From contig NIVC01003829.1 in the NCBI GenBank assembly GCA_002269645.1, positions 1 to 64,000 on the forward strand: a DNA stretch of 64,000 nt, written 5' to 3'. The notes under the pieces are model-generated. The model made no database searches and was not told the origin of the DNA. It was given only the letters and a program-made list of their open reading frames with translations. Below are positions 27,301-48,723 of this stretch, one piece after another. Origin of the DNA: Macrostomum lignano. Taxonomy: Eukaryota. The translations under genes were made by a program, and so were the position numbers. Numbering within the stretch: the first letter of the stretch is position 1; each line of letters opens with the position of its first letter.

Positions 27301-29095
27301 TAAACACACACAAACTCACTGACTACAAGGTAAAACACACAAACTCACTGACTACAAGGTAAACACACACAAACTCACTGACTACAAGGTAAACACACAC
27401 AAACTCACTGACTACAAGGTAAACACACACAAACTCACTGACTACAAGGTAAACACACACAAACTCACTGACTACAAGGTAAACACACACAAACTCACTG
27501 ACTACAAGGTAAACACACACAAACTCACTGACTACAAGGTAAACACACACAAACTCACTGACTACAAGGTAAACACACACAAACTCACTGACTACAAGGT
27601 AAACACACACAAACTCACTGACTACAAGGTAAACACACACAAACTCACTGACTACAAGGTAAACACACACAAACTCACTGACTACAAGGTAAACACACAC
27701 AAACTCACTGACTACAAGGTAAACACACACAAACTCACTGACTACAAGGTAAACACACACAAACTCACTGACTACAAGGTAAACACACACAAACTCACTG
27801 ACTACAAGGTAAACACACACAAACTCACTGACTACAAGGTAAACACACACAAACTCACTGACTACAAGGTAAACACACACAAACTCACTGACTACAAGGT
27901 AAACACACACAAACTCACTGACTACAAGGTAAACACACACAAACTCACTGACTACAAGGTAAACACACACAAACTCACTGACTACAAGGTAAACACACAC
28001 AAACTCACTGACTACAAGGTAAACACACACAAACTCACTGACTACAAGGTAAACACACACAAACTCACTGACTACAAGGTAAACACACACAAACTCACTG
28101 ACTACAAGGTAAACACACACAAACTCACTGACTACAAGGTAAACACACACAAACTCACTGACTACAAGGTAAACACACACAAACTCACTGACTACAAGGT
28201 AAACACACACAAACTCACTGACTACAAGGTAAACACACACAAACTCACTGACTACAAGGTAAACACACACAAACTCACTGACTACAAGGTAAACACACAC
28301 AAACTCACTGACTACAAGGTAAACACACACAAACTCACTGACTACAAGGTAAACACACACAAACTCACTGACTACAAGGTAAACACACACAAACTCACTG
28401 ACTACAAGGTAAACACACACAAACTCACTGACTACAAGGTAAACACACACAAACTCACTGACTACAAGGTAAACACACACAAACTCACTGACTACAAGGT
28501 AAACACACACAAACTCACTGACTACAAGGTAAACACACACAAACTCACTGACTACAAGGTAAACACACACAAACTCACTGACTACAAGGTAAACACACAC
28601 AAACTCACTGACTACAAGGTAAACACACACAAACTCACTGACTACAAGGTAAACACACACAAACTCACTGACTACAAGGTAAACACACACAAACTCACTG
28701 ACTACAAGGTAAACACACACAAACTCACTGACTACAAGGTAAACACACACAAACTCACTGACTACAAGGTAAACACACACAAACTCACTGACTACAAGGT
28801 AAACACACACAAACTCACTGACTACAAGGTAAAACACACAAACTCACTGACTACAAGGTAAACACACACAAACTCACTGACTACAAGGTAAACACACACA
28901 AACTCACTGACTACAAGGTAAACACACACAAACTCACTGACTACAAGGTAAACACACACAAACTCACTGACTACAAGGTAAACACACACAAACTCACTGA
29001 CTACAAGGTAAACACACACAAACTCACTGACTACAAGGTAAAACACACAAACTCACTGACTACAAGGTAAACACACACAAACTCACTGACTACAA
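21362..29095 (+). repeat. 30-bp satellite (AAGGTAAACACACACAAACTCACTGACTAC), block 1
   Basis: Near-perfect 30-nt period; degenerate left edge. Confidence 0.99.
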
Positions 29096-29184
29096 CTTAC
29101 TTACTTACTACTGACGGGGGGCGCAGGCGCCGCGAATAGGCCGCGAGGCCCCTATCGCAACCCCAAGGTAAAAGAGCACAAGGA

Positions 29185-34063
<4,879 letters not shown>

Positions 34064-34480
34064 TTATCCCAGGATTGCTCCCAGGCGAGGCTCCGGCAGG
34101 CCCCCGGTCCACACTCTGCAAGATCAGGGGGCGGGAGGCCGGCTGTGGGCTTGGGACACAGGCGCCAGGTCGAGTTGACAGCCGACGCCCGAGCCCTCCC
34201 CCACAAGAGCGGCCCTCGAGAACCCGTGTGGTACCAGTTGCAACTAAGGGCTGTCGATGGGTAGTTGGCGCTTAGCCAGCAGCCAACTACTTAGCAGCCA
34301 CCTGCCCCGCAAAAAAGCAGCAGGGGGGATCCGTCCCCCACCAGCAGACCAAGACGAGGAAGCTAGCCGCTTCCACGCCAGGCCAGAACGAAAAGGAGGG
34401 GGAAGAGCCTCCTCGAAAAACGAAAAGCTGGCGGATGTCACAGAGTCCCTCGGTTTAAGTTGCCGTTTGCCCAAGGTAAA

Positions 34481-37400
34481 CAAGGTAAACACACACAAAC
34501 TCACTGACTACAAGGTAAACACACACAAACTCACTGACTACAAGGTAAACACACACAAACTCACTGACTACAAGTTAAACACACACAAACTCACTGACTA
34601 CAAGGTAAACACACACAAACTCACTGACTACAAGCTAAAACACACACAAACTCACTGACTACAAGGTAAAACACACACAAACTCACTGACTACAAGGTAA
34701 ACACACACAAACTCACTGACTACAAGGTAAACACACACAAACTCACTGACTACAAGTAAAACACACACAAACTCACTGACTACAAGGTAAAACACACACA
34801 AACTCACTGACTACAAGGTAAACACACACAAACTCACTGACTACAAGGTAAACACACACAAACTCACTGACTACAAGGTAAACACACACAAACTCACTGA
34901 CTACAAGGTAAACACACACAAACTCACTGACTACAAGGTAAACACACACAAACTCACTGACTACAAGGTAAACGCACACAAACTCACTGACTACAAGGTA
35001 AAACACACAAACTCACTGACTACAAGGTAAACACACACAAACTCACTGACTACAAGGTAAACACACACAAACTCACTGACTACAAGCTAAAACACACACA
35101 AACTCACTGACTACAAGGTAAACACACACAAACTCACTGACTACAAGTTAAAACACACACAAACTCACTGACTACAAGGTAAACACATACAAACTCACTG
35201 ACTACAAGGTAAACACACACAAACTCACTGACTACAAGGTAAAACACACACAAACTCACTGACTACAAGGTAAAACACACACAAACTCACTGACTACAAG
35301 GTAAACGCACACAAACTCACTGACTACAAGGTAAACACACACAAACTCACTGACTACAAGGTAAACACACACAAACTCACTGACTACAAGGTAAACACAC
35401 ACAAACTCACTGACTACAAGGTAAACACACACAAACTCACTGACTACAAGGTAAACACACACAAACTCACTGACTACAAGTAAACACACACAAACTCACT
35501 GACTACAAGGTAAACACACACAAACTCACTGACTACAAGGTAAACACACACAAACTCACTGACTACAAGGTAAACACACACAAACTCACTGACTACAAGG
35601 TAAACACACACAAACTCACTGACTACAAGGTAAACACACACAAACTCACTGACTACAAGGTAAACACACACAAACTCACTGACTACAAGGTAAAACGCAC
35701 ACAAACTCACTGACTACAAGGTAAACACACACAAACTCACTGACTACAAGGTAAACACATACAAACTCACTGACTACAAGGTAAACACACACAAACTCAC
35801 TGACTACAAGGTAAACACACACAAACTCACTGACTACAAGGTAAACACACACAAACTCACTGACTACAAGGTAAACACACACAAACTCACTGACTACAAG
35901 GTAAACACACACAAACTCACTGACTACAAGGTAAAACACACACAAACTCACTGACTACAAGGTAAAACACACACAAACTCACTGACTACAAGGTAAACAC
36001 ACACAAACTCACTGACTACAAGGTAAACACACACAAACTCACTGACTACAAGGTAAACACACACAAACTCACTGACTACAAGGTAAACACACACAAACTC
36101 ACTGACTACAAGGTAAACACACACAAACTCACTGACTACAAGGTAAACACACACAAACTCACTGACTACAAGGTAAACACACACAAACTCACTGACTACA
36201 AGGTAAACACACACAAACTCACTGACTACAAGGTAAACACACACAAACTCACTGACTACAAGGTAAACACACACAAACTCACTGACTACAAGGTAAACAC
36301 ACACAAACTCACTGACTACAAGGTAAACACACACAAACTCACTGACTACAAGGTAAACACACACAAACTCACTGACTACAAGGTAAACACACACAAACTC
36401 ACTGACTACAAGGTAAACACACACAAACTCACTGACTACAAGGTAAACACACACAAACTCACTGACTACAAGGTAAACACACACAAACTCACTGACTACA
36501 AGGTAAACACACAAACTCACTGACTACAAGGTAAACACACACAAACTCACTGACTACAAGGTAAACACACACAAACTCACTGACTACAAGGTAAACACAC
36601 ACAAACTCACTGACTACAAGGTAAACACACACAAACTCACTGACTACAAGGTAAACACACACAAACTCACTGACTACAAGGTAAACACACACAAACTCAC
36701 TGACTACAAGGTAAACACACACAAACTCACTGACTACAAGGTAAACACACACAAACTCACTGACTACAAGGTAAACACACACAAACTCACTGACTACAAG
36801 GTAAACACACACAAACTCACTGACTACAAGGTAAACACACACAAACTCACTGACTACAAGGTAAACACACACAAACTCACTGACTACAAGGTAAACACAC
36901 ACAAACTCACTGACTACAAGGTAAACACACACAAACTCACTGACTACAAGGTAAACACACACAAACTCACTGACTACAAGGTAAACACACACAAACTCAC
37001 TGACTACAAGGTAAACACACACAAACTCACTGACTACAAGGTAAACACACACAAACTCACTGACTACAAGGTAAACACACACAAACTCACTGACTACAAG
37101 GTAAACACACACAAACTCACTGACTACAAGGTAAACACACACAAACTCACTGACTACAAGGTAAACACACACAAACTCACTGACTACAAGGTAAACACAC
37201 ACAAACTCACTGACTACAAGGTAAACACACACAAACTCACTGACTACAAGGTAAACACACACAAACTCACTGACTACAAGGTAAACACACACAAACTCAC
37301 TGACTACAAGGTAAACACACACAAACTCACTGACTACAAGGTAAACACACACAAACTCACTGACTACAAGGTAAACACACACAAACTCACTGACTACAAG

Positions 37401-40400
37401 GTAAACACACACAAACTCACTGACTACAAGGTAAACACACACAAACTCACTGACTACAAGGTAAACACACACAAACTCACTGACTACAAGGTAAACACAC
37501 ACAAACTCACTGACTACAAGGTAAACACACACAAACTCACTGACTACAAGGTAAACACACACAAACTCACTGACTACAAGGTAAACACACACAAACTCAC
37601 TGACTACAAGGTAAACACACACAAACTCACTGACTACAAGGTAAACACACACAAACTCACTGACTACAAGGTAAACACACACAAACTCACTGACTACAAG
37701 GTAAACACACACAAACTCACTGACTACAAGGTAAACACACACAAACTCACTGACTACAAGGTAAACACACACAAACTCACTGACTACAAGGTAAACACAC
37801 ACAAACTCACTGACTACAAGGTAAACACACACAAACTCACTGACTACAAGGTAAACACACACAAACTCACTGACTACAAGGTAAAACACACACAAACTCA
37901 CTGACTACAAGGTAAACACACACAAACTCACTGACTACAAGGTAAACACACACAAACTCACTGACTACAAGGTAAACACACACAAACTCACTGACTACAA
38001 GGTAAACACACACAAACTCACTGACTACAAGGTAAACACACACAAACTCACTGACTACAAGGTAAACACACACAAACTCACTGACTACAAGGTAAACACA
38101 CACAAACTCACTGACTACAAGGTAAACACACACAAACTCACTGACTACAAGGTAAACACACACAAACTCACTGACTACAAGGTAAACACACACAAACTCA
38201 CTGACTACAAGGTAAACACACACAAACTCACTGACTACAAGGTAAACACACACAAACTCACTGACTACAAGGTAAACACACACAAACTCACTGACTACAA
38301 GGTAAACACACACAAACTCACTGACTACAAGGTAAACACACACAAACTCACTGACTACAAGGTAAACACACACAAACTCACTGACTACAAGGTAAACACA
38401 CACAAACTCACTGACTACAAGGTAAACACACACAAACTCACTGACTACAAGGTAAACACACACAAACTCACTGACTACAAGGTAAACACACACAAACTCA
38501 CTGACTACAAGGTAAACACACACAAACTCACTGACTACAAGGTAAACACACACAAACTCACTGACTACAAGGTAAACACACACAAACTCACTGACTACAA
38601 GGTAAACACACACAAACTCACTGACTACAAGGTAAACACACACAAACTCACTGACTACAAGGTAAACACACACAAACTCACTGACTACAAGGTAAACACA
38701 CACAAACTCACTGACTACAAGGTAAACACACACAAACTCACTGACTACAAGGTAAACACACACAAACTCACTGACTACAAGGTAAACACACACAAACTCA
38801 CTGACTACAAGGTAAACACACACAAACTCACTGACTACAAGGTAAACACACACAAACTCACTGACTACAAGGTAAACACACACAAACTCACTGACTACAA
38901 GGTAAACACACACAAACTCACTGACTACAAGGTAAACACACACAAACTCACTGACTACAAGGTAAACACACACAAACTCACTGACTACAAGGTAAACACA
39001 CACAAACTCACTGACTACAAGGTAAACACACACAAACTCACTGACTACAAGGTAAACACACACAAACTCACTGACTACAAGGTAAACACACACAAACTCA
39101 CTGACTACAAGGTAAACACACACAAACTCACTGACTACAAGGTAAACACACACAAACTCACTGACTACAAGGTAAACACACACAAACTCACTGACTACAA
39201 GGTAAACACACACAAACTCACTGACTACAAGGTAAACACACACAAACTCACTGACTACAAGGTAAACACACACAAACTCACTGACTACAAGGTAAACACA
39301 CACAAACTCACTGACTACAAGGTAAACACACACAAACTCACTGACTACAAGGTAAACACACACAAACTCACTGACTACAAGGTAAACACACACAAACTCA
39401 CTGACTACAAGGTAAACACACACAAACTCACTGACTACAAGGTAAACACACACAAACTCACTGACTACAAGGTAAACACACACAAACTCACTGACTACAA
39501 GGTAAACACACACAAACTCACTGACTACAAGGTAAACACACACAAACTCACTGACTACAAGGTAAACACACACAAACTCACTGACTACAAGGTAAACACA
39601 CACAAACTCACTGACTACAAGGTAAACACACACAAACTCACTGACTACAAGGTAAACACACACAAACTCACTGACTACAAGGTAAACACACACAAACTCA
39701 CTGACTACAAGGTAAACACACACAAACTCACTGACTACAAGGTAAACACACACAAACTCACTGACTACAAGGTAAACACACACAAACTCACTGACTACAA
39801 GGTAAACACACACAAACTCACTGACTACAAGGTAAACACACACAAACTCACTGACTACAAGGTAAACACACACAAACTCACTGACTACAAGGTAAACACA
39901 CACAAACTCACTGACTACAAGGTAAACACACACAAACTCACTGACTACAAGGTAAACACACACAAACTCACTGACTACAAGGTAAACACACACAAACTCA
40001 CTGACTACAAGGTAAACACACACAAACTCACTGACTACAAGGTAAACACACACAAACTCACTGACTACAAGGTAAACACACACAAACTCACTGACTACAA
40101 GGTAAACACACACAAACTCACTGACTACAAGGTAAACACACACAAACTCACTGACTACAAGGTAAACACACACAAACTCACTGACTACAAGGTAAACACA
40201 CACAAACTCACTGACTACAAGGTAAACACACACAAACTCACTGACTACAAGGTAAACACACACAAACTCACTGACTACAAGGTAAACACACACAAACTCA
40301 CTGACTACAAGGTAAACACACACAAACTCACTGACTACAAGGTAAACACACACAAACTCACTGACTACAAGGTAAACACACACAAACTCACTGACTACAA

Positions 40401-43400
40401 GGTAAACACACACAAACTCACTGACTACAAGGTAAACACACACAAACTCACTGACTACAAGGTAAACACACACAAACTCACTGACTACAAGGTAAACACA
40501 CACAAACTCACTGACTACAAGGTAAACACACACAAACTCACTGACTACAAGGTAAACACACACAAACTCACTGACTACAAGGTAAACACACACAAACTCA
40601 CTGACTACAAGGTAAACACACACAAACTCACTGACTACAAGGTAAACACACACAAACTCACTGACTACAAGGTAAACACACACAAACTCACTGACTACAA
40701 GGTAAACACACACAAACTCACTGACTACAAGGTAAACACACACAAACTCACTGACTACAAGGTAAACACACACAAACTCACTGACTACAAGGTAAACACA
40801 CACAAACTCACTGACTACAAGGTAAACACACACAAACTCACTGACTACAAGGTAAACACACACAAACTCACTGACTACAAGGTAAACACACACAAACTCA
40901 CTGACTACAAGGTAAACACACACAAACTCACTGACTACAAGGTAAACACACACAAACTCACTGACTACAAGGTAAACACACACAAACTCACTGACTACAA
41001 GGTAAACACACACAAACTCACTGACTACAAGGTAAACACACACAAACTCACTGACTACAAGGTAAACACACACAAACTCACTGACTACAAGGTAAACACA
41101 CACAAACTCACTGACTACAAGGTAAACACACACAAACTCACTGACTACAAGGTAAACACACACAAACTCACTGACTACAAGGTAAACACACACAAACTCA
41201 CTGACTACAAGGTAAACACACACAAACTCACTGACTACAAGGTAAACACACACAAACTCACTGACTACAAGGTAAACACACACAAACTCACTGACTACAA
41301 GGTAAACACACACAAACTCACTGACTACAAGGTAAACACACACAAACTCACTGACTACAAGGTAAACACACACAAACTCACTGACTACAAGGTAAACACA
41401 CACAAACTCACTGACTACAAGGTAAACACACACAAACTCACTGACTACAAGGTAAACACACACAAACTCACTGACTACAAGGTAAACACACACAAACTCA
41501 CTGACTACAAGGTAAACACACACAAACTCACTGACTACAAGGTAAACACACACAAACTCACTGACTACAAGGTAAACACACACAAACTCACTGACTACAA
41601 GGTAAACACACACAAACTCACTGACTACAAGGTAAACACACACAAACTCACTGACTACAAGGTAAACACACACAAACTCACTGACTACAAGGTAAACACA
41701 CACAAACTCACTGACTACAAGGTAAACACACACAAACTCACTGACTACAAGGTAAACACACACAAACTCACTGACTACAAGGTAAACACACACAAACTCA
41801 CTGACTACAAGGTAAACACACACAAACTCACTGACTACAAGGTAAACACACACAAACTCACTGACTACAAGGTAAACACACACAAACTCACTGACTACAA
41901 GGTAAACACACACAAACTCACTGACTACAAGGTAAACACACACAAACTCACTGACTACAAGGTAAACACACACAAACTCACTGACTACAAGGTAAACACA
42001 CACAAACTCACTGACTACAAGGTAAACACACACAAACTCACTGACTACAAGGTAAACACACACAAACTCACTGACTACAAGGTAAACACACACAAACTCA
42101 CTGACTACAAGGTAAACACACACAAACTCACTGACTACAAGGTAAACACACACAAACTCACTGACTACAAGGTAAACACACACAAACTCACTGACTACAA
42201 GGTAAACACACACAAACTCACTGACTACAAGGTAAACACACACAAACTCACTGACTACAAGGTAAACACACACAAACTCACTGACTACAAGGTAAACACA
42301 CACAAACTCACTGACTACAAGGTAAACACACACAAACTCACTGACTACAAGGTAAACACACACAAACTCACTGACTACAAGGTAAACACACACAAACTCA
42401 CTGACTACAAGGTAAACACACACAAACTCACTGACTACAAGGTAAACACACACAAACTCACTGACTACAAGGTAAACACACACAAACTCACTGACTACAA
42501 GGTAAACACACACAAACTCACTGACTACAAGGTAAACACACACAAACTCACTGACTACAAGGTAAACACACACAAACTCACTGACTACAAGGTAAACACA
42601 CACAAACTCACTGACTACAAGGTAAACACACACAAACTCACTGACTACAAGGTAAACACACACAAACTCACTGACTACAAGGTAAACACACACAAACTCA
42701 CTGACTACAAGGTAAACACACACAAACTCACTGACTACAAGGTAAACACACACAAACTCACTGACTACAAGGTAAACACACACAAACTCACTGACTACAA
42801 GGTAAACACACACAAACTCACTGACTACAAGGTAAACACACACAAACTCACTGACTACAAGGTAAACACACACAAACTCACTGACTACAAGGTAAACACA
42901 CACAAACTCACTGACTACAAGGTAAACACACACAAACTCACTGACTACAAGGTAAACACACACAAACTCACTGACTACAAGGTAAACACACACAAACTCA
43001 CTGACTACAAGGTAAACACACACAAACTCACTGACTACAAGGTAAACACACACAAACTCACTGACTACAAGGTAAACACACACAAACTCACTGACTACAA
43101 GGTAAACACACACAAACTCACTGACTACAAGGTAAACACACACAAACTCACTGACTACAAGGTAAACACACACAAACTCACTGACTACAAGGTAAACACA
43201 CACAAACTCACTGACTACAAGGTAAACACACACAAACTCACTGACTACAAGGTAAACACACACAAACTCACTGACTACAAGGTAAACACACACAAACTCA
43301 CTGACTACAAGGTAAACACACACAAACTCACTGACTACAAGGTAAACACACACAAACTCACTGACTACAAGGTAAACACACACAAACTCACTGACTACAA

Positions 43401-46400
43401 GGTAAACACACACAAACTCACTGACTACAAGGTAAACACACACAAACTCACTGACTACAAGGTAAACACACACAAACTCACTGACTACAAGGTAAACACA
43501 CACAAACTCACTGACTACAAGGTAAACACACACAAACTCACTGACTACAAGGTAAACACACACAAACTCACTGACTACAAGGTAAACACACACAAACTCA
43601 CTGACTACAAGGTAAACACACACAAACTCACTGACTACAAGGTAAACACACACAAACTCACTGACTACAAGGTAAACACACACAAACTCACTGACTACAA
43701 GGTAAACACACACAAACTCACTGACTACAAGGTAAACACACACAAACTCACTGACTACAAGGTAAACACACACAAACTCACTGACTACAAGGTAAACACA
43801 CACAAACTCACTGACTACAAGGTAAACACACACAAACTCACTGACTACAAGGTAAACACACACAAACTCACTGACTACAAGGTAAACACACACAAACTCA
43901 CTGACTACAAGGTAAACACACACAAACTCACTGACTACAAGGTAAACACACACAAACTCACTGACTACAAGGTAAACACACACAAACTCACTGACTACAA
44001 GGTAAACACACACAAACTCACTGACTACAAGGTAAACACACACAAACTCACTGACTACAAGGTAAACACACACAAACTCACTGACTACAAGGTAAACACA
44101 CACAAACTCACTGACTACAAGGTAAACACACACAAACTCACTGACTACAAGGTAAACACACACAAACTCACTGACTACAAGGTAAACACACACAAACTCA
44201 CTGACTACAAGGTAAACACACACAAACTCACTGACTACAAGGTAAACACACACAAACTCACTGACTACAAGGTAAACACACACAAACTCACTGACTACAA
44301 GGTAAACACACACAAACTCACTGACTACAAGGTAAACACACACAAACTCACTGACTACAAGGTAAACACACACAAACTCACTGACTACAAGGTAAACACA
44401 CACAAACTCACTGACTACAAGGTAAACACACACAAACTCACTGACTACAAGGTAAACACACACAAACTCACTGACTACAAGGTAAACACACACAAACTCA
44501 CTGACTACAAGGTAAACACACACAAACTCACTGACTACAAGGTAAACACACACAAACTCACTGACTACAAGGTAAACACACACAAACTCACTGACTACAA
44601 GGTAAACACACACAAACTCACTGACTACAAGGTAAACACACACAAACTCACTGACTACAAGGTAAACACACACAAACTCACTGACTACAAGGTAAACACA
44701 CACAAACTCACTGACTACAAGGTAAACACACACAAACTCACTGACTACAAGGTAAACACACACAAACTCACTGACTACAAGGTAAACACACACAAACTCA
44801 CTGACTACAAGGTAAACACACACAAACTCACTGACTACAAGGTAAACACACACAAACTCACTGACTACAAGGTAAACACACACAAACTCACTGACTACAA
44901 GGTAAACACACACAAACTCACTGACTACAAGGTAAACACACACAAACTCACTGACTACAAGGTAAACACACACAAACTCACTGACTACAAGGTAAACACA
45001 CACAAACTCACTGACTACAAGGTAAACACACACAAACTCACTGACTACAAGGTAAACACACACAAACTCACTGACTACAAGGTAAACACACACAAACTCA
45101 CTGACTACAAGGTAAACACACACAAACTCACTGACTACAAGGTAAACACACACAAACTCACTGACTACAAGGTAAACACACACAAACTCACTGACTACAA
45201 GGTAAACACACACAAACTCACTGACTACAAGGTAAACACACACAAACTCACTGACTACAAGGTAAACACACACAAACTCACTGACTACAAGGTAAACACA
45301 CACAAACTCACTGACTACAAGGTAAAACACACACAAACTCACTGACTACAAGGTAAACACACACAAACTCACTGACTACAAGGTAAACACACACAAACTC
45401 ACTGACTACAAGGTAAACACACACAAACTCACTGACTACAAGGTAAACACACACAAACTCACTGACTACAAGGTAAACACACACAAACTCACTGACTACA
45501 AGGTAAACACACACAAACTCACTGACTACAAGGTAAACACACACAAACTCACTGACTACAAGGTAAACACACACAAACTCACTGACTACAAGGTAAACAC
45601 ACACAAACTCACTGACTACAAGGTAAACACACACAAACTCACTGACTACAAGGTAAACACACACAAACTCACTGACTACAAGGTAAACACACACAAACTC
45701 ACTGACTACAAGGTAAACACACACAAACTCACTGACTACAAGGTAAACACACACAAACTCACTGACTACAAGGTAAACACACACAAACTCACTGACTACA
45801 AGGTAAACACACACAAACTCACTGACTACAAGGTAAACACACACAAACTCACTGACTACAAGGTAAACACACACAAACTCACTGACTACAAGGTAAACAC
45901 ACACAAACTCACTGACTACAAGGTAAACACACACAAACTCACTGACTACAAGGTAAACACACACAAACTCACTGACTACAAGGTAAACACACACAAACTC
46001 ACTGACTACAAGGTAAACACACACAAACTCACTGACTACAAGGTAAACACACACAAACTCACTGACTACAAGGTAAACACACACAAACTCACTGACTACA
46101 AGGTAAACACACACAAACTCACTGACTACAAGGTAAACACACACAAACTCACTGACTACAAGGTAAACACACACAAACTCACTGACTACAAGGTAAACAC
46201 ACACAAACTCACTGACTACAAGGTAAACACACACAAACTCACTGACTACAAGGTAAACACACACAAACTCACTGACTACAAGGTAAACACACACAAACTC
46301 ACTGACTACAAGGTAAACACACACAAACTCACTGACTACAAGGTAAACACACACAAACTCACTGACTACAAGGTAAACACACACAAACTCACTGACTACA

Positions 46401-48001
46401 AGGTAAACACACACAAACTCACTGACTACAAGGTAAACACACACAAACTCACTGACTACAAGGTAAACACACACAAACTCACTGACTACAAGGTAAACAC
46501 ACACAAACTCACTGACTACAAGGTAAACACACACAAACTCACTGACTACAAGGTAAACACACACAAACTCACTGACTACAAGGTAAACACACACAAACTC
46601 ACTGACTACAAGGTAAACACACACAAACTCACTGACTACAAGGTAAACACACACAAACTCACTGACTACAAGGTAAACACACACAAACTCACTGACTACA
46701 AGGTAAACACACACAAACTCACTGACTACAAGGTAAACACACACAAACTCACTGACTACAAGGTAAACACACACAAACTCACTGACTACAAGGTAAACAC
46801 ACACAAACTCACTGACTACAAGGTAAACACACACAAACTCACTGACTACAAGGTAAAACACACACAAACTCACTGACTACAAGGTAAACACACACAAACT
46901 CACTGACTACAAGGTAAACACACACAAACTCACTGACTACAAGGTAAACACACACAAACTCACTGACTACAAGGTAAACACACACAAACTCACTGACTAC
47001 AAGGTAAACACACACAAACTCACTGACTACAAGGTAAACACACACAAACTCACTGACTACAAGGTAAACACACACAAACTCACTGACTACAAGGTAAACA
47101 CACACAAACTCACTGACTACAAGGTAAACACACACAAACTCACTGACTACAAGGTAAACACACACAAACTCACTGACTACAAGGTAAACACACACAAACT
47201 CACTGACTACAAGGTAAACACACACAAACTCACTGACTACAAGGTAAACACACACAAACTCACTGACTACAAGGTAAACACACACAAACTCACTGACTAC
47301 AAGGTAAACACACACAAACTCACTGACTACAAGGTAAACACACACAAACTCACTGACTACAAGGTAAACACACACAAACTCACTGACTACAAGGTAAACA
47401 CACACAAACTCACTGACTACAAGGTAAACACACACAAACTCACTGACTACAAGGTAAACACACACAAACTCACTGACTACAAGGTAAACACACACAAACT
47501 CACTGACTACAAGGTAAAACACACACAAACTCACTGACTACAAGGTAAACACACACAAACTCACTGACTACAAGGTAAACACACACAAACTCACTGACTA
47601 CAAGGTAAACACACACAAACTCACTGACTACAAGGTAAACACACACAAACTCACTGACTACAAGGTAAACACACACAAACTCACTGACTACAAGGTAAAA
47701 CACACACAAACTCACTGACTACAAGGTAAACACACACAAACTCACTGACTACAAGGTAAACACACACAAACTCACTGACTACAAGGTAAACACACACAAA
47801 CTCACTGACTACAAGGTAAACACACACAAACTCACTGACTACAAGGTAAACACACACAAACTCACTGACTACAAGGTAAACACACACAAACTCACTGACT
47901 ACAAGGTAAACACACACAAACTCACTGACTACAAGGTAAACACACACAAACTCACTGACTACAAGGTAAAACACACAAACTCACTGACTACAAGGTAAAA
48001 C
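34481..48001 (+). repeat. 30-bp satellite, block 2
   Basis: Same monomer; substitution variants are confined to ~34480-35800. Confidence 0.99.
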
Positions 48002-48174
48002 ATCACTCCAATAGCTTCTACCAATGTTCCTTCGTCTGCCGATCATCTGGTTCTACCAGACCTCCATGACCTATAAGCTGGAACCGTCTCAGAAAGCAGC
48101 TGTTTTCCTATCCGAACTCCTCCGGCATCTGTCGAGCGGAGACTCGGAACTTACGGTTACCGAGCTCGTGAGGA

Positions 48175-48363
48175 ATAGAGAGGGGAGGAGGAGGAGGAAA
48201 TGCGAGATGATTAGAGAGAGAAATGGAAATAAGAGGGGAGAGGAGAGACGAGAGCTGAGAAGAGACACAAACCCTGCGAGCGGGCCGGATTGCTATTGTG
48301 AAGTTTCAGAGGACCCGATGGCCGAATAGAGAGGCTTCGAGGGTCGGAGTTGGCCAATCCCTG
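48175..48363 (-). mobile_element. hAT-like MITE end, same family as 1005-1784
   Basis: GA-rich tract followed by a terminus ending GAGTTGGCCAATCCCTG, roughly 70% similar to 1715-1784. Confidence 0.5.
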
Positions 48364-48723
48364 GCTCCCTTTTCGGCTGTGAAAGGCTTTACATAGCGGA
48401 GGGTTAACATGGCTGCAATTGTCTATGACCAGACCTTTTTAGGTGCTATTTTTAGAACTCCATGGCCGTCATGAACCAGGGACTTTTAGAAATAGCACCG
48501 CTGGACTGGAAGCCAGAATAAAGCTGGGGAGCAGAGCAGATCAGAACAAGTGAGGGGTGATTTTTAACTGGCAGCAGGCTAGCGCATTCCACTGGATTAT
48601 TAAAATTATTTGCTTACTTGTAGTTTGAGTTGAATGTCGCGTTTAAAATGGAGCGTAAAATGGTGAGGCATGTAATCATGTGGGCTGCATGGCGATCACG
48701 CACCAGCGGGTATTGATTTATCC

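Noticed and set aside
34230-34471. HDV-like ribozyme at the LINE 5' end (TTCCTCGT and GGCTAAG motifs present; such ribozymes are known in some R1/LOA-group elements)
   Set aside because: I could not build consistent P1/P3/P1.1 pairings by eye. A descriptor or covariance-model search would settle it.
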